From Bdellovibrionales bacterium (lineage in GTDB: Bacteria; Bdellovibrionota; Bdellovibrionia; Bdellovibrionales; JAGQZY01), in the NCBI GenBank assembly GCA_041736155.1, contig JBGSUL010000018.1, forward strand, positions 2,066-66,065: a stretch of DNA of 64,000 nt, written 5' to 3'. Shown piece after piece: positions 1-10,175 of this stretch. The notes below the pieces were generated by a model. It worked only from the letters and a program-made list of their open reading frames with translations, was not told where the DNA came from and did no database searches. How positions within the stretch are numbered: the stretch's first letter is position 1; each line of letters starts with the position of its first letter. The position numbers and the translations under genes are program-made.

Positions 1-704
1 GACAGTATTTTGTCTCGTCTCGCCTTACCATTGATGTAATCTAAAAGAATTGGATGAGTAAAAAAAGAATACATTAATTCTGGGCTATATTGAAGGAATG
101 CAGGAATTCCATGAATATTTTTTTTGAACATGAATTTATACAAGCACAAATAGTTTTCATACTCGTGAAAATAAAAATTATTAGTGCATTCCACTCTCTT
201 AATTGCAGAATCTCCACTTCCTAAGACAGGAAATCCCGGAACTTTATCAATCAACCACATTAGCGTTGAAAACTGAGGGCTAGTACATTTTGTTTGAAGT
301 CCATAATTACGTACTATACTATCCCACTCTTTTTTTATATTTAAGGTTAAGATCGTGTGATCTACTTTATTGATTTTACAAAACGTTTTCGCCCAATTCA
401 AATCATGTTGATTTTCTAATTCGGAAAACTCAACGGAAATTGCATTAACTTCCAGATCAGCCAACAAAAATGAACGCAAGACTATTTCACTGTCCATCCC
501 ACCACTCAATAAAACATATATTTTTTCATTTGTAGACAAAGAAATTTCCCGTGCTGTCTTTATGCACTCATCTCGGAAAGAATTCGCTTGCCTCGAGCAA
601 CCACCAAACCCACACCATAAAACCGAGGTTTTTGTTTCTCTTTCATTATAGAGTGAACCATCATAACCGAATTTAACATGGTTGTTTTGCGTATAATTAA
701 ACAT
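1..704 (-). CDS. PP-loop ATP pyrophosphatase family protein (N-terminal part; C-terminus runs off the left edge)
   Basis: Manual minus-strand translation from ATG at 704-702 gives MFNYTQNN...EKIYVLLSGGMDSEIVLRSF with the SGGxDS PP-loop motif. The frame stays open to position 1. It is absent from the ORF track because no stop lies in the window. Confidence 0.6.
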   Translation of the reverse strand, partial: MFNYTQNNHVKFGYDGSLYNERETKTSVLWCGFGGCSRQANSFRDECIKTAREISLSTNEKIYVLLSGGMDSEIVLRSFLLADLEVNAISVEFSELENQHDLNWAKTFCKINKVDHTILTLNIKKEWDSIVRNYGLQTKCTSPQFSTLMWLIDKVPGFPVLGSGDSAIKRVECTNNFYFHEYENYLCLYKFMFKKNIHGIPAFLQYSPELMYSFFTHPILLDYINGKARRDKIL

Positions 705-721
705 AATATCTTTTTTTAAAT

Positions 722-1144
722 CTAGAATAAATGATTGTTAGTAGACTTATGGACCAAGTTGGTAGATTCTTTAAAATCCCCTCTACACATAAATTCCCAT
801 AATTTATTATATAAAAGTGCAAAGAATTTATTTTTATATTCTTTAGTTAAAACGGCTGTTTTTTTATCGGACCCAAGCTCTGAAATATCCTTCAACAGCC
901 AACCCCTTTCCCTAAATATTGCATTCAATTCGTAGGCTGTATTATCAAAATGATCGAGCCAGAAATCGTCAACAGTTTTTTTCTCGCCATTACACTTTTT
1001 GGGTATACATATCCATGAAACTTTATACGAAGCGCCATTATTTCCGTAATCACCCAGGACTGACCAAGCACCTGAGAATAATAACGCCGTAGAAAGAAAA
1101 ATTCGTCTTGAATAACAGTGACTCTCGTATAACCTCATAGCCAT
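722..1144 (-). CDS. hypothetical protein with an N-terminal hydrophobic segment
   Basis: ORF track. Signal/anchor-like IFLSTALLFSGAWSVLG. No recognisable family. Confidence 0.4.
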   Translation of the reverse strand: MAMRLYESHCYSRRIFLSTALLFSGAWSVLGDYGNNGASYKVSWICIPKKCNGEKKTVDDFWLDHFDNTAYELNAIFRERGWLLKDISELGSDKKTAVLTKEYKNKFFALLYNKLWEFMCRGDFKESTNLVHKSTNNHLF

Positions 1145-1177
1145 AATTATATTTTATCATAGAGCTTGCCGTAAACC

Positions 1178-1933
1178 ATGAAATTATTAACTTTGATTCT
1201 GCCGTGCTACAACGAGACAAAAAGATTACAAAAAAATCTCTATAAATTAAAAAAGATGTGTAGTATCAGTAGCTTAGGAATTATCATAGTTGATGATGGC
1301 TCTACAGATTCTTCAGTAGAGCTTATTCGATCACTTGACGAGTACAGGTGTGGTCGCCTTACCGTTGTAAAACTCAACCAAAGGTTGGGAAAAGCTGAAG
1401 CTGTTCGGGTAGGGCTTCTCCATGCCTCTCAAACTCAAAGTGAATATATTGGTTTTTACGATATTGATTTCGCCGTAAGCTTTCATGAATTTCTAGATAT
1501 AATTAATCATATTGAATCCAATGACATCAACGCACTTTTTGGGTGCAGACCTTTGGCAAATAGACACTGGAGTAGGTTTACTCAAAGTATTATATTTCGA
1601 TTTTTAATTTCAACTCTGCTGACAAGAGGTGCGGAAGACCCGCAATGCGGAATCAAGATATTTCGAAACAAATCTCACATAATGAGTATATTTAAAAAAA
1701 AATTTATCTGCAAAATACTTTTTGATTTTGAGCTTATTATGAGGACCGTTAATTTTTTTTCTGGAAGCAAAATACGTAATTATAAACTATCAACATGGAG
1801 GGATGTTTCTGGTTCAACATTAAGATGTCAGATGCTACCATTCATTTTCCATGATTTAATGCAGATTTTCATATTTTTCATGAGAGTTAAATTATTTCAT
1901 TCTGTGCGGCATACCCTCAAGAACACTACTTGA
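1178..1933 (+). CDS. family 2 glycosyltransferase (dolichyl-phosphate hexose transferase-like)
   Basis: LTLILPCYNE and IIIVDDGSTDSS motifs of GT-A fold GT2 enzymes. Confidence 0.75.
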   Translation: MKLLTLILPCYNETKRLQKNLYKLKKMCSISSLGIIIVDDGSTDSSVELIRSLDEYRCGRLTVVKLNQRLGKAEAVRVGLLHASQTQSEYIGFYDIDFAVSFHEFLDIINHIESNDINALFGCRPLANRHWSRFTQSIIFRFLISTLLTRGAEDPQCGIKIFRNKSHIMSIFKKKFICKILFDFELIMRTVNFFSGSKIRNYKLSTWRDVSGSTLRCQMLPFIFHDLMQIFIFFMRVKLFHSVRHTLKNTT

Positions 1934-2947
1934 GGTTACTATCCGATATCTAAAATTTTTTTGTAGATCTTTAATATTATCAACTCCACAATAGGTAAGG
2001 CCCGACCGTATACCACCAACCAGATCATGGATAATTTGATCTTCATCCTCTCTATATTCAACATGGGCACTAATGCCCTCGGGCGTTCTCCACCTAGGAA
2101 CTTCACCAAACCAACTCATTTGAGTTTCTTGACTGTCTAGGCCTCTGTAAATTTTCGACTTATTACCATTAAGCTCAACGACATTCCCTGGAGTTGGTCT
2201 TGTACCAGCTAAAAGGCTTCCAACCATAACAAAATCAGCTCCAAATGCGAGTGCTTTTACCACATCTGCCGGACTTCGTATGCCACCATCAGCAACGATA
2301 GAACATTTTAGTTTTGAACATTCTTTTATTGCAGTTATATTGGAAACTCCAAATCCAGTCTTAACTCTTGTAGTACACACACTGCCGCCTCCAATCCCGA
2401 CTTTAACAATATCAGCCCCGTAGTCATACAAATAACTAGCCCCACTAAACGTAGCAACATTCCCAGCCATTATGAAAATATCACTATATCTCTTTTTCAA
2501 CTCCACCAAAGTGGGACCCATATCACTTGAATCACCATGAGCAATATCTAGATTAAAGAACTTAGCTCCAGCTTCGTAAAGCCCCTCAGCCCTCTTTAAC
2601 CCTTTTTCATTGCATCCAATGGAAACAAAACAAGTACCACTTACCTTTTTAAATTCCTCCACATTAGCTTTTATTGACATCAGCCGATGCAAAGCGCCAA
2701 TTCCGCCTTGAGATGACATAAAATCAGCCATTTCAGAGCCAGTAATCATATCCATATTTGCTGAAATTATAGGCAAGCTGAGTGAGAATTTTCCAGATTT
2801 GTCTGTACTACTTATTTTCACATTTTGCCTAGAACCATTTACGTTATGGCCAGGCACCAACAGTACATCGTCATATGTAAGCCCCATTCCTAGAAGCTTT
2901 TGATCAAAACCTAAAATGTTTTTAAATTTGTCAATGAGTGTAAACAT
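1892..2947 (-). CDS. GMP reductase / IMP dehydrogenase family enzyme without a CBS insertion (GuaC-like)
   Basis: PIISANMD, ADIVKVGIGGGSVCTTRVKTGFG (catalytic Cys loop) and VADGGIRSPADVVKALAFGADFVMVG. Its 351-aa length fits GMP reductase. Confidence 0.8.
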   Translation of the reverse strand: MFTLIDKFKNILGFDQKLLGMGLTYDDVLLVPGHNVNGSRQNVKISSTDKSGKFSLSLPIISANMDMITGSEMADFMSSQGGIGALHRLMSIKANVEEFKKVSGTCFVSIGCNEKGLKRAEGLYEAGAKFFNLDIAHGDSSDMGPTLVELKKRYSDIFIMAGNVATFSGASYLYDYGADIVKVGIGGGSVCTTRVKTGFGVSNITAIKECSKLKCSIVADGGIRSPADVVKALAFGADFVMVGSLLAGTRPTPGNVVELNGNKSKIYRGLDSQETQMSWFGEVPRWRTPEGISAHVEYREDEDQIIHDLVGGIRSGLTYCGVDNIKDLQKNFRYRIVTSSSVLEGMPHRMK

Positions 2948-2993
2948 AAGAAAAAATTGTTATATTCCCGTTAATCTATATCCTTAGAAAAAC

Positions 2994-3740
2994 ATGGATC
3001 ACTTTGAAAAACAAACATATAAATCACAAACTACCTCAATTGGAGCATTCGAAACTGTTGGCATTTGGCATCAAATAAGAGCCGATTTTTTATTAGATTG
3101 CGTGATGAAATTTAAAAATCCGAACAGAAATTATTCAGTGTTAGATATTGGATCTGGAAACGCGTATTTTGCTACGGTCGCAAGTAAATACACAAAGTGG
3201 AACTTTACTTGCGTTGACCCTGCTTATCTTGCCAGTCCAGGACAAATTAAAACTATAAAGTTCTCAAATTCAATACCAACTGAAAAATTTGATTTAATTT
3301 TTGTACTCGATGTTTTAGAGCATATTGAGGATGAGGATAGCTTACTTTCACTTCTTGATGACCTAATGAAGCAGGACAGCTTGTTAGTTATAACAGTTCC
3401 ACTTTGGCCAAATCTTAAAGGTATCCATGATAAAATTCTCGGTCATCACAGAAGATATAATGAAACAGAAGTTAAAAATATTTTTTCTAAAAAAAATTTA
3501 AACTGTTGTTTTCAATCACAATTCTTCTTATTTCCATTGATTTTTAGATGCCTTGAAAAAATATTTAACTTCTATAAGAGTCAAGAATTGAACTCTTTTA
3601 CAAAATTTAAAATTATCCTAAACATAGACATCTTCATTCTATCTTTATTCCTGAAGTTGAATATCAAATATTATGGTCTAAGCTGGGTTGGAATTTACAA
3701 AAAAGGCGATATCAAAAATGGAAGTTATACTTTTCACTGA
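2994..3740 (+). CDS. class I SAM-dependent methyltransferase
   Basis: VLDIGSGNAYFA (motif I) and DLIFVLDVLEHIEDED. Confidence 0.7.
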   Translation: MDHFEKQTYKSQTTSIGAFETVGIWHQIRADFLLDCVMKFKNPNRNYSVLDIGSGNAYFATVASKYTKWNFTCVDPAYLASPGQIKTIKFSNSIPTEKFDLIFVLDVLEHIEDEDSLLSLLDDLMKQDSLLVITVPLWPNLKGIHDKILGHHRRYNETEVKNIFSKKNLNCCFQSQFFLFPLIFRCLEKIFNFYKSQELNSFTKFKIILNIDIFILSLFLKLNIKYYGLSWVGIYKKGDIKNGSYTFH

Positions 3741-5247
3741 GTGCAATGGCTCTCCCGGATGGGGACGAGATGCTGGTTGCTATATGATTGCGAGCCAATT
3801 AAGAAAGAGTGGTTTCACAGTTCAGACAATCGACTTTTTTAGTTTTATGAACGACTACAAAATGGATTGCATCATAAACAATTTTTTTACCTCAGCTACT
3901 ATTGCCGTTGGCTTTAGTTCTACCCATTTCTCATCTTACCTACCGAAGGACTTTGATGGATGGATGTCCTCCGCTAAAAGGACTGAAAAAAATAATGCCT
4001 GGAACACATACTTCCCTTTTGCTTCAGAAGAAATGCAGGCTTACATTGATAAAATGAAGAAGAAATCACCCAACTTAAAAGTCATCGTTGGTGGCCAGAA
4101 AGTTGTACAAAAAAGAAAGTTACAGGACAATTATCTATTTGTAGACTATTGGGTTGAGGGAATGGCTGACAAAAGTATAGTCGCAATCTGCCAGGATCTA
4201 ATAAAAGGACAACAACTTCCTAAGAAAAGAATTTCAAGTGAAAAGGACTATCCTCCATTTGAAGAGTTTTCTGAATCGTCTATTCTTTGGGAAAAAAATG
4301 ATTTTCTATTTGAAAAGGAAGCACTTCCTTTGGAAATAGCCAGAGGATGTCCTTTTGCTTGTTCTTTTTGCGATTACAAAAAGAAAAAAAATGGCGAACT
4401 CATAAAAAAACCTGAATTTCTAGAAAAAGAACTGATCAGAAATTATGAACTTTTTGGAATCAATCATTACATGATTACAGATTTCCTTGTGAACGAATCA
4501 TTGGAAAAGACTGAAATGGTTTATAACGTTTTTTCCAAACTTCCATTCAAAGTAGAATGGTCTGGATTTGCGAGATTAGATTTAATCGAAAAATATCCAA
4601 AAATGATAGACCTTCTAGCCCAATCTGGAGCTAAATCTATAATGTGGGGAATTGAAAGTGTAAGAAAAGAAGTAAGTCGCTATGTTGGCAAGGTGTGTGA
4701 TCAAGAGAGAATTGAAAGGCTACTTGTAACAATTAAATCTGCATGGGGAGATTCTATTGTCACAGGATCTGGATTTATTATTGGTTTGCCTAAAGAAACA
4801 GAAGAAACAGCCAAGGCGCAACTTGATTGGATCCTGCAATGCAACAAGTACCTGCATGGTTACGAAGTCACGCCCCTTTTTATCGGTGGTTACACCCCTT
4901 CCAAATCAGCATCTATTGATTATTCAAAGATACAGAAAACGCCCGAGAAATTTGGTTATGAGATTTCAATGATCTCGGGAGTGAATGGTTTCAGTGAAGA
5001 ATGGACAATCGGTGAAACTGGATTTACCAAGTCAAAAGCGATCACGATGATTGAAGACTACCAGAACCTACCAAAATGGGAAAACGGTCGGCTGATCGGG
5101 ACTTATCACAACTACTCGCGCTTGAGAAATCTAGACCTTACACATGAAGACATTTTACAATCCTTCGCAGGCAATACAGAATTCATTAATAAGACAAGGA
5201 CGAACTATTATGAAAAATCTCATCGCTACTTTTCTCATCTTATCTAG
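3718..5247 (+). CDS. B12-binding-domain radical SAM protein
   Basis: EIARGCPFACSFCDY contains CxxxCxxC. The N-terminal region is Rossmann-like and B12-binding-type. Start set at in-frame ATG 3718 (MEVILF); the ORF track starts at 3688. Confidence 0.75.
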   Translation: MEVILFTECNGSPGWGRDAGCYMIASQLRKSGFTVQTIDFFSFMNDYKMDCIINNFFTSATIAVGFSSTHFSSYLPKDFDGWMSSAKRTEKNNAWNTYFPFASEEMQAYIDKMKKKSPNLKVIVGGQKVVQKRKLQDNYLFVDYWVEGMADKSIVAICQDLIKGQQLPKKRISSEKDYPPFEEFSESSILWEKNDFLFEKEALPLEIARGCPFACSFCDYKKKKNGELIKKPEFLEKELIRNYELFGINHYMITDFLVNESLEKTEMVYNVFSKLPFKVEWSGFARLDLIEKYPKMIDLLAQSGAKSIMWGIESVRKEVSRYVGKVCDQERIERLLVTIKSAWGDSIVTGSGFIIGLPKETEETAKAQLDWILQCNKYLHGYEVTPLFIGGYTPSKSASIDYSKIQKTPEKFGYEISMISGVNGFSEEWTIGETGFTKSKAITMIEDYQNLPKWENGRLIGTYHNYSRLRNLDLTHEDILQSFAGNTEFINKTRTNYYEKSHRYFSHLI

Positions 5248-6403
5248 CTTTTCCCCGATTTGCGCCCATGCCGGGGAAACTGATAATTCTTGTTCTCTTC
5301 ATCCCACACTCAAAACCGCCCTCAACGTCAACGATACCAATTGCTCAAGCTTCCTCATTGAATCCATCACGAAGGTGGATTTGAGTAGGAAGTCTCTGAA
5401 GTCTGTAGATCCCATCTGGTTTCTTAAACTCTCTCGACTTGAAAAGTTAGATTTAAGAGAAAATGAAATAGCCGATATTCATGGCCTTCTCGAAACGCTC
5501 CCACAACTTGAAGAATTACTTCTCGATGGAAATATTATTGAGAAAATCGACTTCCCAAAAAACTCTGCAAAAAAATTAAAAGTACTGAGAATAGCTAATA
5601 ATAAACTCAGGATGATTTCGGGCTCACTCGAGGGGCTGAACAGACTAGAAGTTCTTGATTTGTACCACAACGACATCGCCCAGCTTGAAGTGCAAAATAT
5701 TGATTTGCCAAAACTCAAAGAAATTCATTTAGGTTATAACTATATTTCCAGATTTCCTGCTTGGATCTGTAAGCTCAAGCAACTCGAACACTTAGATCTG
5801 AGTCATAATAAGATTGAAGAAATCCCCTGCGCTCCCTCGTCTCCCCTTTTGAACCACATGGACCTTTCTTTTAATTTACTTAAAAATTTGGTATTTAAAA
5901 CAAATTGTCATCATTTAAAGACAATAAAATTATCCAGCAACTCTATGAGTAATATCCCCGCTTTTTTAAAAGAGTGTAGAAATTTGGAAGAAATCCAAAT
6001 GGAAGAGAACAAAATAACCACTCTTGAATCATGGGTTTTTTCATTGAGTCAACTGAAACGCCTCAACGTTTCAAGAAATCAAATTTCATCATTACCGGAA
6101 TTCAAAGGCTTTGCCAATGTACAGAAAATTGAACTTCACCACAATCATCTCAAAAGTCTGCCCGTCTCTGTGTGCCATTGGAAGAGCTTACGTGAGTTTG
6201 ATGGCTATAATAATCAATTTACAAACATGCCCAACGAAATATCGTGTTGGAAGAATATCGAAAGAGTGGACTTGTCTTTTAACAGACTTCGCACACTGCC
6301 TTTGGATATAGGAAGCTGGAGAAACTTGAAAACTTTGACAGTCACTGGAAATCCGTTTATACAAATTCCAAAAAACTTGCCGCCGAGATCGTTTATATAT
6401 TAA
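5210..6403 (+). CDS. secreted leucine-rich-repeat protein
   Basis: About 15 tandem LxxLxLxxNxI repeats (LEKLDLRENEI, LEVLDLYHNDI, LEHLDLSHNKI and others). Signal peptide MKNLIATFLILSSFSPICAHA from in-frame ATG 5210. Confidence 0.8.
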   Translation: MKNLIATFLILSSFSPICAHAGETDNSCSLHPTLKTALNVNDTNCSSFLIESITKVDLSRKSLKSVDPIWFLKLSRLEKLDLRENEIADIHGLLETLPQLEELLLDGNIIEKIDFPKNSAKKLKVLRIANNKLRMISGSLEGLNRLEVLDLYHNDIAQLEVQNIDLPKLKEIHLGYNYISRFPAWICKLKQLEHLDLSHNKIEEIPCAPSSPLLNHMDLSFNLLKNLVFKTNCHHLKTIKLSSNSMSNIPAFLKECRNLEEIQMEENKITTLESWVFSLSQLKRLNVSRNQISSLPEFKGFANVQKIELHHNHLKSLPVSVCHWKSLREFDGYNNQFTNMPNEISCWKNIERVDLSFNRLRTLPLDIGSWRNLKTLTVTGNPFIQIPKNLPPRSFIY

Positions 6404-7907
6404 CTACATTCTCTTCAATCGGATTCGTCGCAGTGACCTTGAGGGAACTTACAATATTCTTTGCTATTTTATTGAAAAGAAAGCCAAAACTGTATCTCGA
6501 GAATTGTTGCAAGATGCTTTGCGGATTTGTAATTGCAAAGCGAAGATATGTCATGAGAACAAACAGCGGGAAATTAAATCCTTTGAGCTCTTTTGTCACA
6601 TAGGAACGAGTTCCTTCAGAATAACCATTGGGCAATATTCCTTGTTTGATTTCACCTTTGTTTAGTAAATCATTATAAATCGGTGTTCCCGGTAATGGTT
6701 GAAAGACGTTCAGATAAAAAAAGTCGAATTTACACTGAAGGATGAATTCTCTTGTCTTAAACAAGTCCTCCTGGGTATCTCCGGGAAACCCAATCAAGAA
6801 AAGTCCATTGACCTTGAGCCCGGAACGCTGAATTTTCTCGACAGCGGGCGGTATGATGTCGAGATCCAAATCCTTCCTCATTCTGGCCAATGACGTTTTT
6901 GATCCGCTCTCCGGTGCGACGATGATGGTTTGCCATCCCGCTTTCTTCATCAGATCCCAAAGCTCTTGATCTCCCCTCTGCACACGAATGCCATTGGGAG
7001 TTCCAAATCCTATGTTCAACTTTAATTGAATGACCATTCGGCAAAAATCTTTGGCGTACTGAACATTGTAGGTAAAATTATCGTCGACAATATTAAACCA
7101 CTTCACCCCAAACTCTTGATGCAACTTGAGAATCCATGTCTTCATGTACTCGACGGAATGAGTTCTTACTGGTTTTCCATTGAGATCGGGTGCAGAACAA
7201 AAAGTACAACGATAAGGACATCCCCGAGTCACCCATAAAGGAGCATTTTCTTGTTGAGTTGAATTCAACCTATAGCCACTTTTCCAGTACCCCTGCAAAT
7301 TGATAAAGTTGTAGTCAGGCAAGAAAATCTCATCGATGTCGTTAACAATCACGCGTTTTGTCTTAACAAAGTGACCTTGCGATTTAAAAATCAATCCCGG
7401 CACATCGCTGTAATCAGTCAATTTAAGACGTAATTTTCGCAAAAACATGGGGAAACTTTTTTCTGCCTCACCCAACAGAACAAAATCCACAAAGCCCGTA
7501 TTTAAAACACCTTCTGCAGCGGCGGTGGAATGAGGCCCACCAAAAATGATTTTGGCGTTGGGCAAAAGACGACGTGCGATCTGCGCACAACGCAAAGCTT
7601 CTGGGTACATCGCTGACCAGGAAGATATACATACAACTTCTGGAGTTTGACTTTGCAGCATCTGTTTGTACCAGTCAGAGTTGGCATCTTGGCCGTGAAG
7701 CGTACAATCTATCATGTAGGGACGTATTTCCTCATCGAGGATATTGCTTCTTAAGTAAGCAAAGGAGAGCGGTAAAAGATAGCGTTTTTCGTAACCCTTG
7801 GGCCAAACAAATGCAATATTAATAAGTCCCCCGACGATGAATGCTCTTCCAAGAGTATATAAAGTTATGTACCATTTCAATATGAATTCGAAAAAAATTT
7901 TGCCCAT
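6393..7907 (-). CDS. B12-binding-domain radical SAM protein
   Basis: WVTRGCPYRCTFCSAP contains CxxxCxxC, with a preceding B12-binding-like region (VVCISSWSAMYPEA...IIFGGPH). The start is ambiguous (ATG 7907 or 7973). Either choice overlaps the divergent gene at 7882. Confidence 0.7.
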   Translation of the reverse strand: MGKIFFEFILKWYITLYTLGRAFIVGGLINIAFVWPKGYEKRYLLPLSFAYLRSNILDEEIRPYMIDCTLHGQDANSDWYKQMLQSQTPEVVCISSWSAMYPEALRCAQIARRLLPNAKIIFGGPHSTAAAEGVLNTGFVDFVLLGEAEKSFPMFLRKLRLKLTDYSDVPGLIFKSQGHFVKTKRVIVNDIDEIFLPDYNFINLQGYWKSGYRLNSTQQENAPLWVTRGCPYRCTFCSAPDLNGKPVRTHSVEYMKTWILKLHQEFGVKWFNIVDDNFTYNVQYAKDFCRMVIQLKLNIGFGTPNGIRVQRGDQELWDLMKKAGWQTIIVAPESGSKTSLARMRKDLDLDIIPPAVEKIQRSGLKVNGLFLIGFPGDTQEDLFKTREFILQCKFDFFYLNVFQPLPGTPIYNDLLNKGEIKQGILPNGYSEGTRSYVTKELKGFNFPLFVLMTYLRFAITNPQSILQQFSRYSFGFLFNKIAKNIVSSLKVTATNPIEENVVNI

Positions 7908-10158
7908 CTTAGCCGTCGTTTTTCTCGGTGGGCTATTAAGAACCTTACGTTTAAATGATATTTCCTTTAACAATGATGAACTCTATAACTTAGTCCACGT
8001 CTATAATCTCGACATGGGTTGGGATCGTTTCATTGAACCCTTTCTATCTTGGGAAATTCATCCTCCACTGAGCCATATGGTCCTTTTTGTTTGGTCGAAG
8101 GCCTTTGGTATATCGGAAATATCGTTACGTCTCGTCGGTGCCCTTCTTGGGACCTTCACCATACTGACAGTGTTTGAAACGGCCAAGCTTCTGACTTCCC
8201 CGAAAGCCTCATTTATGGCTGCACTTTTCTTTTCCATCAATTACGCTTCTATAGCTCTTTCACGCATGGCTACTTTTCACGGGATGAATATATTCTTCTG
8301 CAGTCTCTCTTTTTACCTGGGGCTACGAATCCTTCTCAACCCTCAGGTTAATAAAAAACATCTGGTGCTCTATCCGGTTCTCCTTATCCTGATGGGATAC
8401 ATTAACTATTTCGCTTTTGCCTTCGCACTATTTCAACTTCTTTTGTTTATCATCAGTTCAAATTATGTAACAAAGTTGAGAAAAAAATATTTCTCGTCCG
8501 TCTTTTTAATTGTAGTTCTTTTTTATGCGACATGGGTGCCGATTATTTTGAAACAATATCAAAATTTAAAAACCCATGATTACGATCGAACGCCGGGTGA
8601 TTATGCTATTTACGATTTACTGAACTTTCTCTTCAACGGACAACCTTTTTTTCTGTTTTTCATATTCCTTTTGATTTTAGCTAAGCTTTTTAGAAAACCC
8701 ACATACAATCTCAAAATTACCGAAAACTTTAATTTCTTTATCATCTTGGCAACGTGTTGCCTTCCTATTTTAACGGCAGTCTTGTACAATCAAGTAGGCC
8801 AACCCCTTTGGAAAAATCACTACTTTGGATTTATGGCACCTTTCTTTTGTGTTCTATCAGCCCAGGCTATTGAATACATACCATTTCGAGCGCTTAAAAC
8901 CAGTGTGGCACCACTTTACGTTATCGGCTCGCTAGTTGGCTTTTACATGGGGAACTATTCTAAAAATTATCCTATCGTAATTGATCTGCGGGCCTTGACC
9001 AATTCGGTGATTGAAGAGAATCACAAATCTCAGCAAACATGTGGTTATATTAACTATTCCTGGCATCAAATAAATTTTGACTATTACTTAAAATCCTCCG
9101 AAAAAAAACCCACTTATCTTATCGAAAACGGGGAGTTGGCACGACTGCAGACGCCCGAAGGCATCGCCGAATTGGACAACAAAATTAAAAAAAGTGGGTT
9201 AAGTTGTTTTTGGTTTCTGAATACGTATAACGAAACGAGCGCTCCGCTTGAGGACTATCTCACCAGTAAATTTTTGAAAATCAAAACGCTACAGCATCAG
9301 AAAGCTTACGGTATTCTTTATGCGCACAGCCCGGGAGGCCGTATTGAAAAAGAAAAGCGATGTCTTCTCGTTGACAACGACGGCTCGTTCGATGATTTAA
9401 GGGCGTTGACTTCCCTGACATGCAAGCAAAAGGTGTCCTACGTTGTTTTTACCGAAGGAATCTCCAGAATTAATTACAGTTACAGCAATCATCTTTACCT
9501 CAAAGAACAATTTTCCAATTACAATGATATTTCTTATTTTACTGGAGCGAAAACCAACAGGAAGTTAAGCTCATTTTGGAAAAACGTGAGAGCGCGTGAT
9601 GAAGCACTCAATAATCATCGAAAATGGAAAGTCCTACCAACTCAACCTGGTCAAGATCTTGAATCTCTTGTTGAGACGATCAACCAAAGTTGCACCAGCC
9701 TTAATGTGCTGATACTGGGCCCTTACACCTCCGCCTCTGAGTATTTACCTCGCATATCCGCTACAAAAGCTATCTATACTTTTGGAAATGATAACCCCAT
9801 CTATTTTAACTGCTGGTTTGATCTCAAATCTTGCCAACATGTCTTCTCGCGCTTTCAACAGGAAATAAAATCAGTAAATCTTCCTTTTGAAGACGCTAAT
9901 CACGAGCGGTTTTCCTTTTCCGAAGAAACTGTAGCTCAACTTGCTCTGCGTGACTCATCGCAGCTTTTGGCGCAGATTTTTCGAGCCGATATCAGCGGGT
10001 GGAAAGGGAAGGAAATTTCCTATTGGGACGACTCTGTTGTGGCATTTTTCTTTCAACCGCAACTTTTTGAATTGAAAGACCACCTTTATACTCCGATTGT
10101 TGGAGCACGAAAACTGGAGTCAGCCATACTTAACTCCTTGAATAATTGCTTTTTGTAA
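7882..10158 (+). CDS. ArnT/PMT-like (GT39/GT83-type) integral-membrane glycosyltransferase with a large C-terminal domain of unknown function
   Basis: N-terminal half is multi-TM. It begins MNSKKILPILAVVFLGGLLRTLRLN...NNDE, as in polyprenyl-phosphate-sugar-dependent glycosyltransferases. Start at in-frame ATG 7882. Confidence 0.6.
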   Translation: MNSKKILPILAVVFLGGLLRTLRLNDISFNNDELYNLVHVYNLDMGWDRFIEPFLSWEIHPPLSHMVLFVWSKAFGISEISLRLVGALLGTFTILTVFETAKLLTSPKASFMAALFFSINYASIALSRMATFHGMNIFFCSLSFYLGLRILLNPQVNKKHLVLYPVLLILMGYINYFAFAFALFQLLLFIISSNYVTKLRKKYFSSVFLIVVLFYATWVPIILKQYQNLKTHDYDRTPGDYAIYDLLNFLFNGQPFFLFFIFLLILAKLFRKPTYNLKITENFNFFIILATCCLPILTAVLYNQVGQPLWKNHYFGFMAPFFCVLSAQAIEYIPFRALKTSVAPLYVIGSLVGFYMGNYSKNYPIVIDLRALTNSVIEENHKSQQTCGYINYSWHQINFDYYLKSSEKKPTYLIENGELARLQTPEGIAELDNKIKKSGLSCFWFLNTYNETSAPLEDYLTSKFLKIKTLQHQKAYGILYAHSPGGRIEKEKRCLLVDNDGSFDDLRALTSLTCKQKVSYVVFTEGISRINYSYSNHLYLKEQFSNYNDISYFTGAKTNRKLSSFWKNVRARDEALNNHRKWKVLPTQPGQDLESLVETINQSCTSLNVLILGPYTSASEYLPRISATKAIYTFGNDNPIYFNCWFDLKSCQHVFSRFQQEIKSVNLPFEDANHERFSFSEETVAQLALRDSSQLLAQIFRADISGWKGKEISYWDDSVVAFFFQPQLFELKDHLYTPIVGARKLESAILNSLNNCFL

Positions 10159-10175
10159 AATAGCCTTTTTACAAC

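Noticed and set aside
7882-7973. Apparent 5'-5' overlap of the divergent radical SAM (minus) and glycosyltransferase (plus) genes.
   Set aside because: It is most simply explained by uncertainty in start-codon choice (7907 or 7973 versus 7882) rather than by a real overlapping-gene arrangement. The intergenic promoter region cannot be resolved from sequence alone.
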